Shown here piece after piece: positions 1 through 9,306 of a stretch of 34,227 nt of DNA. This DNA is from a virus. Its lineage: Duplodnaviria; Caudoviricetes. The translations under genes were made by a program, and so were the position numbers. The DNA lies in IMG/VR virus record IMGVR_UViG_3300044676_001658, positions 1 to 34,227 of that record; one strand, written 5' to 3'. Below the pieces are notes generated by a model. It ran no database searches, was not told the DNA's origin, and worked only from the letters and a program-made list of their open reading frames with translations. The first letter of the stretch is position 1. The number at the start of each line of letters is the position of its first letter.

Positions 1-83
1 GAGATGCTTGTCTCGCCACCAGTTGCAGTGTAGGTGAAGCGAGTGATATTCGCAAAGTCTGCACTAGGGCCGATATAAGGCAT
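1..83 (-). CDS. 5' fragment of a tail-fibre-region protein (MPYIGPSADFANITRFTYTATGGETSIS...), truncated by the window edge
   Basis: ATG at 83-81 overlaps the TGA of the upstream gene (TGATG coupling). The frame is open to position 1. An MPYIG...FTYTATGG N-terminus is typical of marine phage tail/baseplate-wedge-like proteins. Confidence 0.7.
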   Translation of the reverse strand, partial: MPYIGPSADFANITRFTYTATGGETSI

Positions 84-433
84 CAGGTTATCTCCATAAT
101 ACTCAATGTCGCGTCAATCATGCCGGACACATCGCAGTCAACTTTAACAATGTCTGTTGTTTGCAAGATGTACTTGTTGCCAGCCATTAGTTCCAATGAC
201 GAACCAGCCAAGATAGATACGTCTTTGATGACGTTGACTGTCTGGTTAGTCTCATTGTCAACCGTTGTTGACGCAATCTGTACTGTGGCTGTGATAGCCG
301 ATGTATGTACGTTGGTTAATGTCAGGCCAATGATAACCGTAGTTGTCGCCGCCGGAACAGTGTAAAGGTCATCCGGCGTACCAGCACTGGCTGGCATAGC
401 CGCATTTGTCTTGAGTTTGAACGTATTAGCCAT
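83..433 (-). CDS. Small beta-rich virion/tail-associated protein
   Basis: 116-aa Thr/Val/Ile-rich ORF directly downstream of the tail fibre. The MANTFK...SIMEIT type is common in marine podovirus tail modules. Confidence 0.65.
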   Translation of the reverse strand: MANTFKLKTNAAMPASAGTPDDLYTVPAATTTVIIGLTLTNVHTSAITATVQIASTTVDNETNQTVNVIKDVSILAGSSLELMAGNKYILQTTDIVKVDCDVSGMIDATLSIMEIT

Positions 434-437
434 TTAA

Positions 438-1202
438 TTATCCTAGTGCTATTGCCAATGCTGTCGCGGTATCAGCCGCCACACTCTCAATCAGCGCTGT
501 TTGCGCCGCCGAAATATTCACAAACAAATCATAGTATGCGCTGTTTGTGTTAGTTGATAGCGGCAGTGATCCGCTTGATGTGTGAGCCGTGTTGACCCGG
601 TAAACATCCTGATTTGTTGTGTCGATGACCAAGTCACCAGCCGCGTAGTCAGTGGCCGTTGCCCAATTGCCTTTAAACTCGCCAGCCGTAGTTGTGGCAA
701 TTGGATTGCCGTTGCTGTCAAACGCTAAAAACTTTAGCGCCCGGTCATCCTTGGCTGGTAGGGTCATGTCAACTACGCCGCCATCCTCAACCAGCGCCGG
801 GTCATAGACCGGGGCGCGTAGGCCGCGCTTGTTTTCTTCAGCCACCTGCTGGTCAAAGATTGTCAGCGCGTCTAGCTGTTCATTGAGGCTTGACGCCAGC
901 AAGTCCCCGGCAGTCACAAAGTCAGTGACGCGCTCAATGTCACGCGCCCCAACAATAACTATCTGATCTGACGCGGTTGGCGTTGATGGTACGCTAGACC
1001 CGGTGACGATTGTCACTGAGCCAGTGCCGTTGGCATTGATTGTTACGGTGTAGTCTGTGGTCAGCGTCAACAGTGTGGCGTTAAAGTAAACAGCCAAATC
1101 GTTTTCATCTAAGATCTCAAACGAAAAGGCATACGGCCCAACACCCGCTGACCCGGTAAACACGACACGCCGTGTAATTGCGTTAATGTTATAGTCTGCC
1201 AT
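438..1202 (-). CDS. Tail fibre / fibre adaptor with T7 gp17-like N-terminal attachment domain
   Basis: N-terminus FTGS..GPYAFSFEILDENDLAVY...DYTV...LNEQLDALT resembles podovirus fibre anchors. It has a W-x-x-x-T-D-Y-x-x-G-D-L-V repeat unit, ends in AIALG, and follows the internal virion genes. Confidence 0.75.
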   Translation of the reverse strand: MADYNINAITRRVVFTGSAGVGPYAFSFEILDENDLAVYFNATLLTLTTDYTVTINANGTGSVTIVTGSSVPSTPTASDQIVIVGARDIERVTDFVTAGDLLASSLNEQLDALTIFDQQVAEENKRGLRAPVYDPALVEDGGVVDMTLPAKDDRALKFLAFDSNGNPIATTTAGEFKGNWATATDYAAGDLVIDTTNQDVYRVNTAHTSSGSLPLSTNTNSAYYDLFVNISAAQTALIESVAADTATALAIALG

Positions 1203-1226
1203 TTAATGCCTCACAGTCTGATGTGA

Positions 1227-1255
1227 ATAATACACTATTTAATCATGTTTGTTAA
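1227..1255 (-). promoter_or_regulatory. Putative sigma70-type promoter for tail-fibre genes
   Basis: Minus strand TTAACA-17 nt-TATTAT, followed by the inverted repeat TCACA-N6-TGTGA (1211-1226) and a GAGG RBS before the ATG at 1202. Confidence 0.4.
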
Positions 1256-4200
1256 TGATGGCGCTTCTTTTTTAGTTGGCTGTGTCAATACCGGGAAACG
1301 CTTTTTGTTTTTAATTTCTGCAAGCTTTGCCGCAAACTCAGGAAACTCGACTTGCGCGTCATCCAAACCGTTATCGGAAAGGTCAACTGGCATCTGCAAA
1401 TACTGATCCACCTTTCGCGGATCTTCGGGGTTTTCTACCACCTCGCCAAAAAGCCGTAGTTTTGCCAACTTGCGGTAATTGTTCTGAATTGATTTGATCA
1501 AATTACGCATATCGCCAACGGCCAGTTCTTCGCCTGTAGCCTCAACGTCATCCATAAATTCTGTCATTGTGGCTTCAATGTTTTCCTCAAGCGTCATGCC
1601 GTCAATCAGGATCTCTTTGTTTGCCAACAATTTCCAACGCGCCTCAATGTCAGGCGGCACCTTTAATCCCTCAATCTTTTTGGGAAATGGTGACGGCCCC
1701 ATATGTATGGCGTCCATAAATTCTCTGACGTTGTTTGTTTCGCCGTATGTCATAGACAATGGCTGTACGGCACTCGCCGCATTAAGTCCAATTGGCTCAC
1801 CAAAATCATTTAACTTAACTGGCACAGTGTCTGACCAAATAGGCACTCTTGATTTCCACCTATTGTAAGCCTCTTCAGCAAACACCAATCCGGGGTGCGT
1901 GTCCTCACCAGCCCCAACATTGCTAACGGTTGGGTCAATCATGCGCTCAATGCGTGATGTTAGTGTGCTGTTTGAAAAACCGACAATGGGTGTGCCGGAT
2001 AACAAGAAGCTTGAATATCTTTTGCCAAGCGCATTAAACACAGACACAATTCTATCGCCAGCATCAGTTTGCTTATACCCGGCAATTGATGTCAGTTCTG
2101 ATATGCCTTGCATAGCTGGCATGTTTGTGGCTGTTTCAGCAACGGCGGCTGACCCAGCGTAAAACAATTTTTCCCACAATCCTTCCTCATCATAATCACT
2201 GTATCTGGCAACGTCAGTCAGTGCCGCGCCAAATATAAATGGCATATTAAACGGCTCTAATCTTTTTAATGAGACGAACACGCTATCGCCGTAATCAGCG
2301 CCGCTACCCTCAGTCACAGCATCCTCACCCAAAAGCCGCTTCAATTGTTTTACTTGCTCTGACGTTACTTCAGACTTGCCAGCCCTATAAGAAAACGGTT
2401 GCCAGCCTTGAGACTTTAGCATGTTTCTATATGACGTATCTCCGGGGCCAGCGCCTGTTATGCGACCTTCGCCAGCAAGATAGTAGCCAAGGCCAACTGC
2501 GGCTGAACCCAAGAAAATTCTGCTTGCCGCCAGATCTTTGTGTCGGCCACCCTTTTCCAACTCAGCGTAAAATGCTGGCGATACAAAGTTCAAAACACCA
2601 ATGCGAGAATTTGCTTCATTGGCAATGTTTGTAAGCGTCTTGCTAAATGGTGCCATTGGCTTAAAATACCATTTATTCATCATTTTATTAGCGCCATTGT
2701 AAATGCCAGCAAACGGCAACTGCTTGTCAATGTCTGCTTGCAGTGTCACCTGTTTGCGCCAAGCGTTCATGCTCATGTCAATGTCGCCGGGCATCTCTGT
2801 CAAAAACTTTTGAACGTGACGTGATGCAATTTGCGTTGCCTCTTTTTCTGCAACACGCGGGTCAACGCCGCGTGACGTTAGATCTGCCAGCGTGTTGTCA
2901 AATACCTTGCCGCCAGCCCGTGCCGCCTCTTCATGCAATTGAACGCGCTGTGCCACGCCAGCAAAAAACTCATCAGCCGCGCCAAGCGCTCTAAATGGAA
3001 TTGAGTAAGCAACGCCCATTGCGTTAAACACCTTGCCGGGAACGGTGTTTGTTAAATCAGGAAACTCTCTAATCTCTTTTGTAAATGGTATTTTGTAAGC
3101 GGCACCAGCCCAATACTCTGTTCTAAGCGGATCTCTTGGCGCATCTTTTGCGGCACCACCCTCTGCAAATTTACGGCCCATCATTGCCCAGCCGTCAATT
3201 AGGCCATTCTTAAACCCAGACATTCTGGCATAAATGTCTGCGCCATAATATCTGTCTGGGTCATACTTACGTCCAAATGTCTTGGCAAGGCGCTGACGTA
3301 ACATGCCAAAAGGAACCGCCATTGCGCGTTCTGGCACATCAAGAAACCCGAAAAGCGCATTGCCAGCGGCGTTATATATATGCGTTACCGGGTCATTCAG
3401 CATGACTGACTGCGCCATATAAACTGTGGCCTCATATGATTTACGCTTGACGCTGTTGCGTAGCATTGCGTTTCTTTGAGCCATACTCATTTTGCTCCAC
3501 CCTTCAGCTAGGCGCACCAACTGATCATCGCCGCCCAACTCATTTAAGGCATCGCGCAATTCTTTTTGTGTTAGTCCACCAGCGCGATCAGACGCGCCCT
3601 TAAACACATTCATTGATCTGGCTATGTCTGTCTTTGCCCCAGACAACTCAGCCAAGATCATGTCGTGTTGCGCCATAGCTTCGCGCAGTGCCAGCTTGCC
3701 ACCTTCGTCTAATTCGCCACGCGATGCCAAGCGCATTAAGTCGTCAACCTTGCCAGCGCTAATGTCGTGCAAAACTACTAGCCCCGCCATACGCTCTGCC
3801 AATTGAGCGCCACCAATGCTGGCGTCCATACCCTGACCAGAAAATATTTTGTCTAGATTTTCTTTTGGAATGCCAGCATCTTGGGCGCGGGTAAAAATCT
3901 CATCAATTGACATTGGCTTTTTAACGTCAGTCAGTTTTTCGTCAGCCGCCTTTGCCGCCGCCTGCACTGTCGCCGCAAACTCATCGCTGTCATAAAAGCG
4001 CGTGTTTACTGGCCCCTCTTTTAAGCCAGCAATTTTCTGCGCCTTACTTGGCGATGGCACCTCACGCGCCGTGCCAATCTCTGCCTGACGCGCCTGCAAA
4101 CGCGCCTGCATTTCTTCTAGCGTTACTGGCGGTGGTGATTTTGGTTGCGGCTGTGGCGCCGCTCCCGGCGCACCAATGACAGGCCCAACAGGCACATCGG

Positions 4201-4447
4201 TAACCGTTGGCATTTCACCAGCCTCTTTAGTTACCCGTGCCTCTGGTGAAAGCCTAGCGCCCGGCGTGGTCAGGCCACCAATGATTTCTTTGGTTTTGCT
4301 TCTGGCTAACTTAGACGTGATCCCAGAACTAAGGCTGGCAACCTGCACATACTCTTCCTCTGGCGCACCAGTCTCAGGCGCGGCATTGATGTCTGCCTCT
4401 GTGTCCAGAATGCTACGCTGTTCGTCTGGTGCTTTAGGTATCGCCAT
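1235..4447 (-). CDS. Large internal virion (ejection) protein, T7 gp16-like position
   Basis: 1070 aa, predicted alpha-helical, with the GRITGAGP...GWQPFSY motif and hydrophobic segments typical of the last podovirus ejection protein. It lies between the nozzle/internal genes and the tail fibre. Confidence 0.75.
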   Translation of the reverse strand: MAIPKAPDEQRSILDTEADINAAPETGAPEEEYVQVASLSSGITSKLARSKTKEIIGGLTTPGARLSPEARVTKEAGEMPTVTDVPVGPVIGAPGAAPQPQPKSPPPVTLEEMQARLQARQAEIGTAREVPSPSKAQKIAGLKEGPVNTRFYDSDEFAATVQAAAKAADEKLTDVKKPMSIDEIFTRAQDAGIPKENLDKIFSGQGMDASIGGAQLAERMAGLVVLHDISAGKVDDLMRLASRGELDEGGKLALREAMAQHDMILAELSGAKTDIARSMNVFKGASDRAGGLTQKELRDALNELGGDDQLVRLAEGWSKMSMAQRNAMLRNSVKRKSYEATVYMAQSVMLNDPVTHIYNAAGNALFGFLDVPERAMAVPFGMLRQRLAKTFGRKYDPDRYYGADIYARMSGFKNGLIDGWAMMGRKFAEGGAAKDAPRDPLRTEYWAGAAYKIPFTKEIREFPDLTNTVPGKVFNAMGVAYSIPFRALGAADEFFAGVAQRVQLHEEAARAGGKVFDNTLADLTSRGVDPRVAEKEATQIASRHVQKFLTEMPGDIDMSMNAWRKQVTLQADIDKQLPFAGIYNGANKMMNKWYFKPMAPFSKTLTNIANEANSRIGVLNFVSPAFYAELEKGGRHKDLAASRIFLGSAAVGLGYYLAGEGRITGAGPGDTSYRNMLKSQGWQPFSYRAGKSEVTSEQVKQLKRLLGEDAVTEGSGADYGDSVFVSLKRLEPFNMPFIFGAALTDVARYSDYDEEGLWEKLFYAGSAAVAETATNMPAMQGISELTSIAGYKQTDAGDRIVSVFNALGKRYSSFLLSGTPIVGFSNSTLTSRIERMIDPTVSNVGAGEDTHPGLVFAEEAYNRWKSRVPIWSDTVPVKLNDFGEPIGLNAASAVQPLSMTYGETNNVREFMDAIHMGPSPFPKKIEGLKVPPDIEARWKLLANKEILIDGMTLEENIEATMTEFMDDVEATGEELAVGDMRNLIKSIQNNYRKLAKLRLFGEVVENPEDPRKVDQYLQMPVDLSDNGLDDAQVEFPEFAAKLAEIKNKKRFPVLTQPTKKEAPSLTNMIK

Positions 4448-4450
4448 TGC

Positions 4451-4594
4451 CTATTCCTCTGGCTGTGTTTCTTCTGGCTCTGCCTGCATAGGCATAAATT
4501 CGCGCTTTGCGTATAACTCAGCAACCAACGACATTACATTAGTATTGTTCTGCTGGTTTGCCTTTTGCTCTGATGAGTTGGTCAAGTTTTCCAC
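4451..4594 (-). CDS. Unannotated 47-aa protein overlapping the 3' end of the glycosylase-domain gene
   Basis: AAGGAG RBS 6 nt before the GTG at 4594. Translates as MENLTNSSEQKANQQNNTNVMSLVAELYAKREFMPMQAEPEETQPEE*. The TAG at 4453-4451 lies 3 nt before the next ATG, so the ORF fills the otherwise empty gap. Confidence 0.6.
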   Translation of the reverse strand: MENLTNSSEQKANQQNNTNVMSLVAELYAKREFMPMQAEPEETQPEE

Positions 4595-7016
4595 GATCTA
4601 CTCCTTCAAATTCATACCAAGGTATGCTTCCACCCTCAAATGATTGGACGCCCGGAAAATCCTCTGGAAGGATGCCGGACTTTTTACTAAACACTTGATC
4701 GAACATACCATCTAATTCTGCTTTTGTGAATTGATACGGCTTGCCATCACTTGTGTTGTAAATAAAGCGGCTTTCACTGCCCGGCATTTTTTCGTATGAC
4801 ACGCCGGAATATTTGGTATGGAAACGCCCTTCAGTCACAGGCACCATTTCTGTTGGGCTAAAGTTTGCGCCGGGGCGTTTAGACCCCATACCAACCACAG
4901 CTTCTAGTGTTGGGTGCGATACAACTTGCCCTGATGACCTTACCCAGCTTTCCCAGTGGTATCTGCCAACAGATCCAACATCGCCGCGCCCAAGTCTATT
5001 ATAAAGATCAGGCACACGATTTAACAATGAGCGCTCAAGTGCCTCATACTGTACAAGGCCTTGTGCGCCCTCAAACTGTTTCATAATATCATCATATATT
5101 TTATCACCGCCGCCCCACATCTGATTGATTTGGATGCGGTCAAGAACCACAACGTCATTGCGCCCCGATACCAACAAAGCAAATGACAGGATCTTGTTAC
5201 CAATACCCGTACCTTCGGCTAGTGAATAATATTCACGCCGTATCTCTTTACTGCTTTTGCTTTGGTCTGCAATTAAATTATGCAAGTGCGTTAAAGCTGA
5301 AACACCGTTTTCATCAACAGCAGACATTTTCTTTAAAAACACTTCACCAAAATCGTTTGCATTTGATGTTGCGCTTTTTCCGGGCGCACCTTCTGGCTGT
5401 ATGCTCATTGACATTTTGCGCCAAGCGGCTGTGTCTGCATCAGACCATTCACCACGCGCCGCCTTTTGGATAAACGGTTGCGCGGCTTCTGCCAATTCAA
5501 GGTAACCAGCCTCATGCGGAAATGCTGACATGCGTCTTGACAAGATAGCCCACAACATAAGTTGGCCCGTCAACTCAGGCCCAGATCCAGCGGTGTATGC
5601 GTCAACAAATTTTTGCTGTACTGCCAAGCCCTCATCAGCCGCTTTGATTTGATCCGGCGTAATTTGCCCAAACCAATCAGCCCACTTTTCTGGGTTGTTT
5701 GCGTGTTCAATCATCCACGATGGTGGCATTGACACTTCTTTTTTGTTTTGCATTTTTGCAACCATAGTCGCGTATGATTGCGGTGACGCCAGCGGGTCAG
5801 GGAACTCTTGCTCAATTTGTTCCATCGCTGGTTTTACTTTTTCTGAATTTTTCGGCGTCAATTTGATTGGCACCATAGACTGCTTGCCAGTACCCTCCGG
5901 CTCAAACGCATCAACAGTGACACGGTACTCTGGTGACAAGCCACCAATGCCAGGCGCATCTGACGCTTGTGACAAACCTGCTGTTGGCTGTTCGGATCTA
6001 GCTATACGGCCAAGCCCGGCCAGTACAGGATCAATCACTTCCATAGGATCAACGCCGGACATCACGCGATCAGTAATAGGCCCACGTTGAGCCATACGCG
6101 CTTCAGCGGCCTGCCCAACGGTATCAAGCCCTTTAGCAACAACGGGTGCGCTCGCACTAAGCCCCTTGCCCATCAAGCCACCAACGCCAGCGCCTACAGC
6201 GCCAGCGGTGGCAAGTCGCCTTGCGGCCTCATCAACGGTAGGCCCAGCGCCTGCGGCCTGCTCTACGCCCATTGTGCCGCCCTCAAAGCCCATACCATAT
6301 CCGGCACCAGCCGCCATACCAGCGCGTCCCGGATATTTCACACCAAGGTCATATGGCATAGCAATGCCAGTTGCTGTTTTCATCAGCATATCTTTTATTG
6401 GGCCTTTGGCAAAACCAGCGCTTGCTCTAATACCCATAGATGCAAACTTACCCACAATGCCAGCATAAGTCAGTGGGTCAGCAAATATGCCGCGAAACGC
6501 ACGTTTAATTGTTGCGCCGTTTGTTGCTGTGTCTGAGTAAGTGTTAAGCATCTGCAAAAACGTCAGCGCGTTTTCCTCGCCAGCTTCATCAGACATAAGC
6601 GCCGCAACTTGAAACGCAAATCCCGGTGCGCTGATGCCGCTTTCGCCGGGTATGCCAGTTGGGCCTGTCATGTTCCAATTAAACTCAGACATCAAATCGA
6701 GGCCATACGCCGCCGCCTGCTTGTCTGAGCCAATAAACCGTTGGCCGTCATTCATGACGCTAAACATTTTTTTAGATCCGCTGATCCACTCAGGCATCAG
6801 AGCCAGTTGATCTTCAGTGTATAGCGGCTCAACTGGTTCCGGCGCATCTGCCTCAGACGGCATAGACATATCCATAGGCGCAGACTGATCTTGTGGTGCC
6901 TCTGGCATAGCAACCTGATTAGACAGATCCATACTGCGTAGCATAGGCTGACGCTGAAACATAAAGACGTGGCTGTCTGCTTGATAATCAAATGCTTCTT
7001 TTAATTCATCAGTCAT
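4539..7016 (-). CDS. Internal virion protein with C-terminal HhH-GPD (Ogg2/EndoIII-like) DNA glycosylase/AP-lyase-like domain
   Basis: N-half is Gly/Ala-rich with hydrophobic helices, as in ejection proteins. C-half has LMLWAILSRRMSA, GTGIGNK608ILSFALLVSGRNDVVVLD626R and YEALE...W...G.V motifs. Located within the internal virion gene block. Confidence 0.7.
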   Translation of the reverse strand: MTDELKEAFDYQADSHVFMFQRQPMLRSMDLSNQVAMPEAPQDQSAPMDMSMPSEADAPEPVEPLYTEDQLALMPEWISGSKKMFSVMNDGQRFIGSDKQAAAYGLDLMSEFNWNMTGPTGIPGESGISAPGFAFQVAALMSDEAGEENALTFLQMLNTYSDTATNGATIKRAFRGIFADPLTYAGIVGKFASMGIRASAGFAKGPIKDMLMKTATGIAMPYDLGVKYPGRAGMAAGAGYGMGFEGGTMGVEQAAGAGPTVDEAARRLATAGAVGAGVGGLMGKGLSASAPVVAKGLDTVGQAAEARMAQRGPITDRVMSGVDPMEVIDPVLAGLGRIARSEQPTAGLSQASDAPGIGGLSPEYRVTVDAFEPEGTGKQSMVPIKLTPKNSEKVKPAMEQIEQEFPDPLASPQSYATMVAKMQNKKEVSMPPSWMIEHANNPEKWADWFGQITPDQIKAADEGLAVQQKFVDAYTAGSGPELTGQLMLWAILSRRMSAFPHEAGYLELAEAAQPFIQKAARGEWSDADTAAWRKMSMSIQPEGAPGKSATSNANDFGEVFLKKMSAVDENGVSALTHLHNLIADQSKSSKEIRREYYSLAEGTGIGNKILSFALLVSGRNDVVVLDRIQINQMWGGGDKIYDDIMKQFEGAQGLVQYEALERSLLNRVPDLYNRLGRGDVGSVGRYHWESWVRSSGQVVSHPTLEAVVGMGSKRPGANFSPTEMVPVTEGRFHTKYSGVSYEKMPGSESRFIYNTSDGKPYQFTKAELDGMFDQVFSKKSGILPEDFPGVQSFEGGSIPWYEFEGVDRGKLDQLIRAKGKPAEQY

Positions 7017-8769
7017 TTAACAACTCATCTCTGAGATCTGCATTCTTGCGAATAAATTTAATTTTGTTTCTAACAAACTCATAGTCAGTGTCAGTCATGC
7101 CAGAACCCAAGCGCTGACTATCTATTTCTTGAATAGTCGTGTATTCAGTAAATTCTATGCCATATTTCTCAAGTGTTGCAGATGCGCTGTCAACCAATCT
7201 TGTAACCGTTTTGCCGTACTCACTTGATAACAATTCTTTTCTAAGACCTTTTGCAATTTGAACCTTGCTTGGCTTGTCTGCAATAGACGGCTGATCTTGA
7301 TCTTCCCAGACATCCATAGCCTCTGCAAACAAACGATCAACTTTCGCACTAAAACTGGCAAACGCTTGCGATTTCTTTTTTGCCACGCCAATTGTGCCGG
7401 GTACGATCTGCGCGTGTTGCCGTGCTTCGGCGGCAACGGCGCGTTCAACGTCTCTAATTGATGTGTCCATTTTTGGCAAAAGGCCAAGCAACGCCTTTGG
7501 CCCAACGCCCTTTTCTGCGGCTACAGCGTTTAATTCTTCAAGCGTGGTTATCTTGTCGTTAAAGATAAGATCCAATATTTCTAATTCGCCAGTGTAGTTT
7601 CTATCTTCCTCATCATAACGTTTTGTTTTTGCCTCTTGCAACGCGATGATTTGCTGACCGTCAATAGCTTTGCCGTTTGTTGTTATGCCAATATTTACGA
7701 TTTTTTCTAATGCGTCTTTCTCTTCTTGAGATCCAACCTCCGCTGTCGCAAACTCCAAAACATCAACAACCAAATCCTGATTGGCAACTTTTAAATCATT
7801 TGCTTCAACTCTATCATCTGCTTGTTGCCGCGCCGCAATTTCTGTTCTGACGTTGGCTCTAAACTCAGCCTGATCTTGAGTAGACAAAAGCGCATAGACC
7901 GGCGTCAGCGCACCCATATTGCCACTACGCAAAGCGGTTATTCTTTTTTGATCTGGCAAATTCATAACGTGATCTGTTAACACACCAACTTGCACGTCTT
8001 TTACTATCTGCTGTATTTCTGCCGCTTTTGTTTTTGCAAAGGCCAAGTCACCAGTGTTTATGATTGCGTCATTTGCCCTTCTTGCAACATCAGTAACTTT
8101 TCCCAACGCCGCAGTCATGTCAACATTTGGAGCGGTTAATATGTCGCGCAACTTGTCTGGCATTCCCGCCAAAAATTCTTCAGCCGCCGCAATCTTAGTT
8201 GCGCGCCTAAATTGCAATTGTTTTTCAAGCGCTGATGTGTAAAGCGTTGAAGCGCTGGCATTTGCGCTTGCGTTGTACTTTAAAGCCTGCGATGGATCTA
8301 ACCCGGCAATGATTTCTGAGTGACCAGTAATCATAGCCCTTAAATCGGATGTCATTTTTGCGATGTCTTTATCTTCATGCAAAAAACCAGATTTTACTAG
8401 GGCGGTGTATTCGCCAATTCTTTTATTGGCTTCCATTTCCAATTCAGTAGTTAATTGCTGTGCCGCAGTCGCAGTCGTCACTGCACCAAATACTGTGTCA
8501 GGATCACCAACAATTTCATCTAAGTCGCGGCCCTGCGATATGGCATCTTCTATCTGTTCAGCCGTTACTGGGTTTTCAAATGCATACTTAGCCGCCTCGC
8601 GCTCAGTTTGCTTGACGGCTTTTTTGTAGGCGTAATCGCTCATCACATTAAGCGCTTTGCCTATAGCGTCAAAGCTACGCGCTCTGGCGTTGGCCGCAGT
8701 CGTAAAGTCAGCGCCCGGTATTGACGGTATGGCTACGCCTAATGGGCGATATCTTAAATCCTTCGCCAT
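7009..8769 (-). CDS. Internal virion (ejection) protein, T7 gp15-like position
   Basis: 586 aa, Ala/Glu/Lys-rich helical composition, translationally coupled to both neighbours. Confidence 0.65.
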   Translation of the reverse strand: MAKDLRYRPLGVAIPSIPGADFTTAANARARSFDAIGKALNVMSDYAYKKAVKQTEREAAKYAFENPVTAEQIEDAISQGRDLDEIVGDPDTVFGAVTTATAAQQLTTELEMEANKRIGEYTALVKSGFLHEDKDIAKMTSDLRAMITGHSEIIAGLDPSQALKYNASANASASTLYTSALEKQLQFRRATKIAAAEEFLAGMPDKLRDILTAPNVDMTAALGKVTDVARRANDAIINTGDLAFAKTKAAEIQQIVKDVQVGVLTDHVMNLPDQKRITALRSGNMGALTPVYALLSTQDQAEFRANVRTEIAARQQADDRVEANDLKVANQDLVVDVLEFATAEVGSQEEKDALEKIVNIGITTNGKAIDGQQIIALQEAKTKRYDEEDRNYTGELEILDLIFNDKITTLEELNAVAAEKGVGPKALLGLLPKMDTSIRDVERAVAAEARQHAQIVPGTIGVAKKKSQAFASFSAKVDRLFAEAMDVWEDQDQPSIADKPSKVQIAKGLRKELLSSEYGKTVTRLVDSASATLEKYGIEFTEYTTIQEIDSQRLGSGMTDTDYEFVRNKIKFIRKNADLRDELLND

Positions 8770-9305
8770 TAGGTTACTCTCCCATATCTAGCCATTTGAC
8801 TACCCGGTGACATACCCATTGGCTGTGCCGCTGTAGTGCCGCCCCCGGCAGGCGCACTGCCTAACGATGCATATCCAACAGCAAATTGTGTGGCTGTTGC
8901 CAGTGCCTGCATTCTGCCAGCGGCCATAGTTGCCTTGGCGGCAGACGCATACTGATGCGCCTGAACATCGCCCATAGCAAGTTGAATACTACCGCCGTCT
9001 GCCGTGTTGTAAAATTCTAATGCGCCTTTTCTCTCAGCCAGTATAGACAGCGTTTTGGCGCTATCACTAGTTGGGTCAATGTTCCCAGCGCCAGCCCGAT
9101 TGTTTATCGCCGCCTGATGCGCGTTAATGTTTTCCAACACAGCCACGCCCTGCTGTTTAAATTTCAACATCTCAGAACGCGCCTGCACCTTTGCCATAGC
9201 GCCTTGCGTCATCAGCCCCTTGGCAGATGCTTGTGCAGACTTTAATTGAGAATACATTGTTGCGGCTGTTAATACTGCCGCTATTGGTAATGCCGCCGCG
9301 CCCAT
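8769..9305 (-). CDS. Small internal virion protein, T7 gp14-like position
   Basis: 178 aa, Ala/Gly/Gln-rich with a hydrophobic N-terminus, immediately after tail tubular protein B. Confidence 0.7.
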   Translation of the reverse strand: MGAAALPIAAVLTAATMYSQLKSAQASAKGLMTQGAMAKVQARSEMLKFKQQGVAVLENINAHQAAINNRAGAGNIDPTSDSAKTLSILAERKGALEFYNTADGGSIQLAMGDVQAHQYASAAKATMAAGRMQALATATQFAVGYASLGSAPAGGGTTAAQPMGMSPGSQMARYGRVT

Positions 9306-9306
9306 C

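Noticed and set aside
1211-1226. CRP-like site upstream of the tail fibre gene
   Set aside because: The half-sites are in the reverse order (TCACA-N6-TGTGA) relative to CRP consensus. More likely a small RNA hairpin or a different operator.
4448-4538. Frameshift or assembly error splitting one giant ejection protein
   Set aside because: The gap is cleanly filled by an ORF with its own RBS, and the downstream gene has GAGG upstream of its ATG, so separate genes are more parsimonious.
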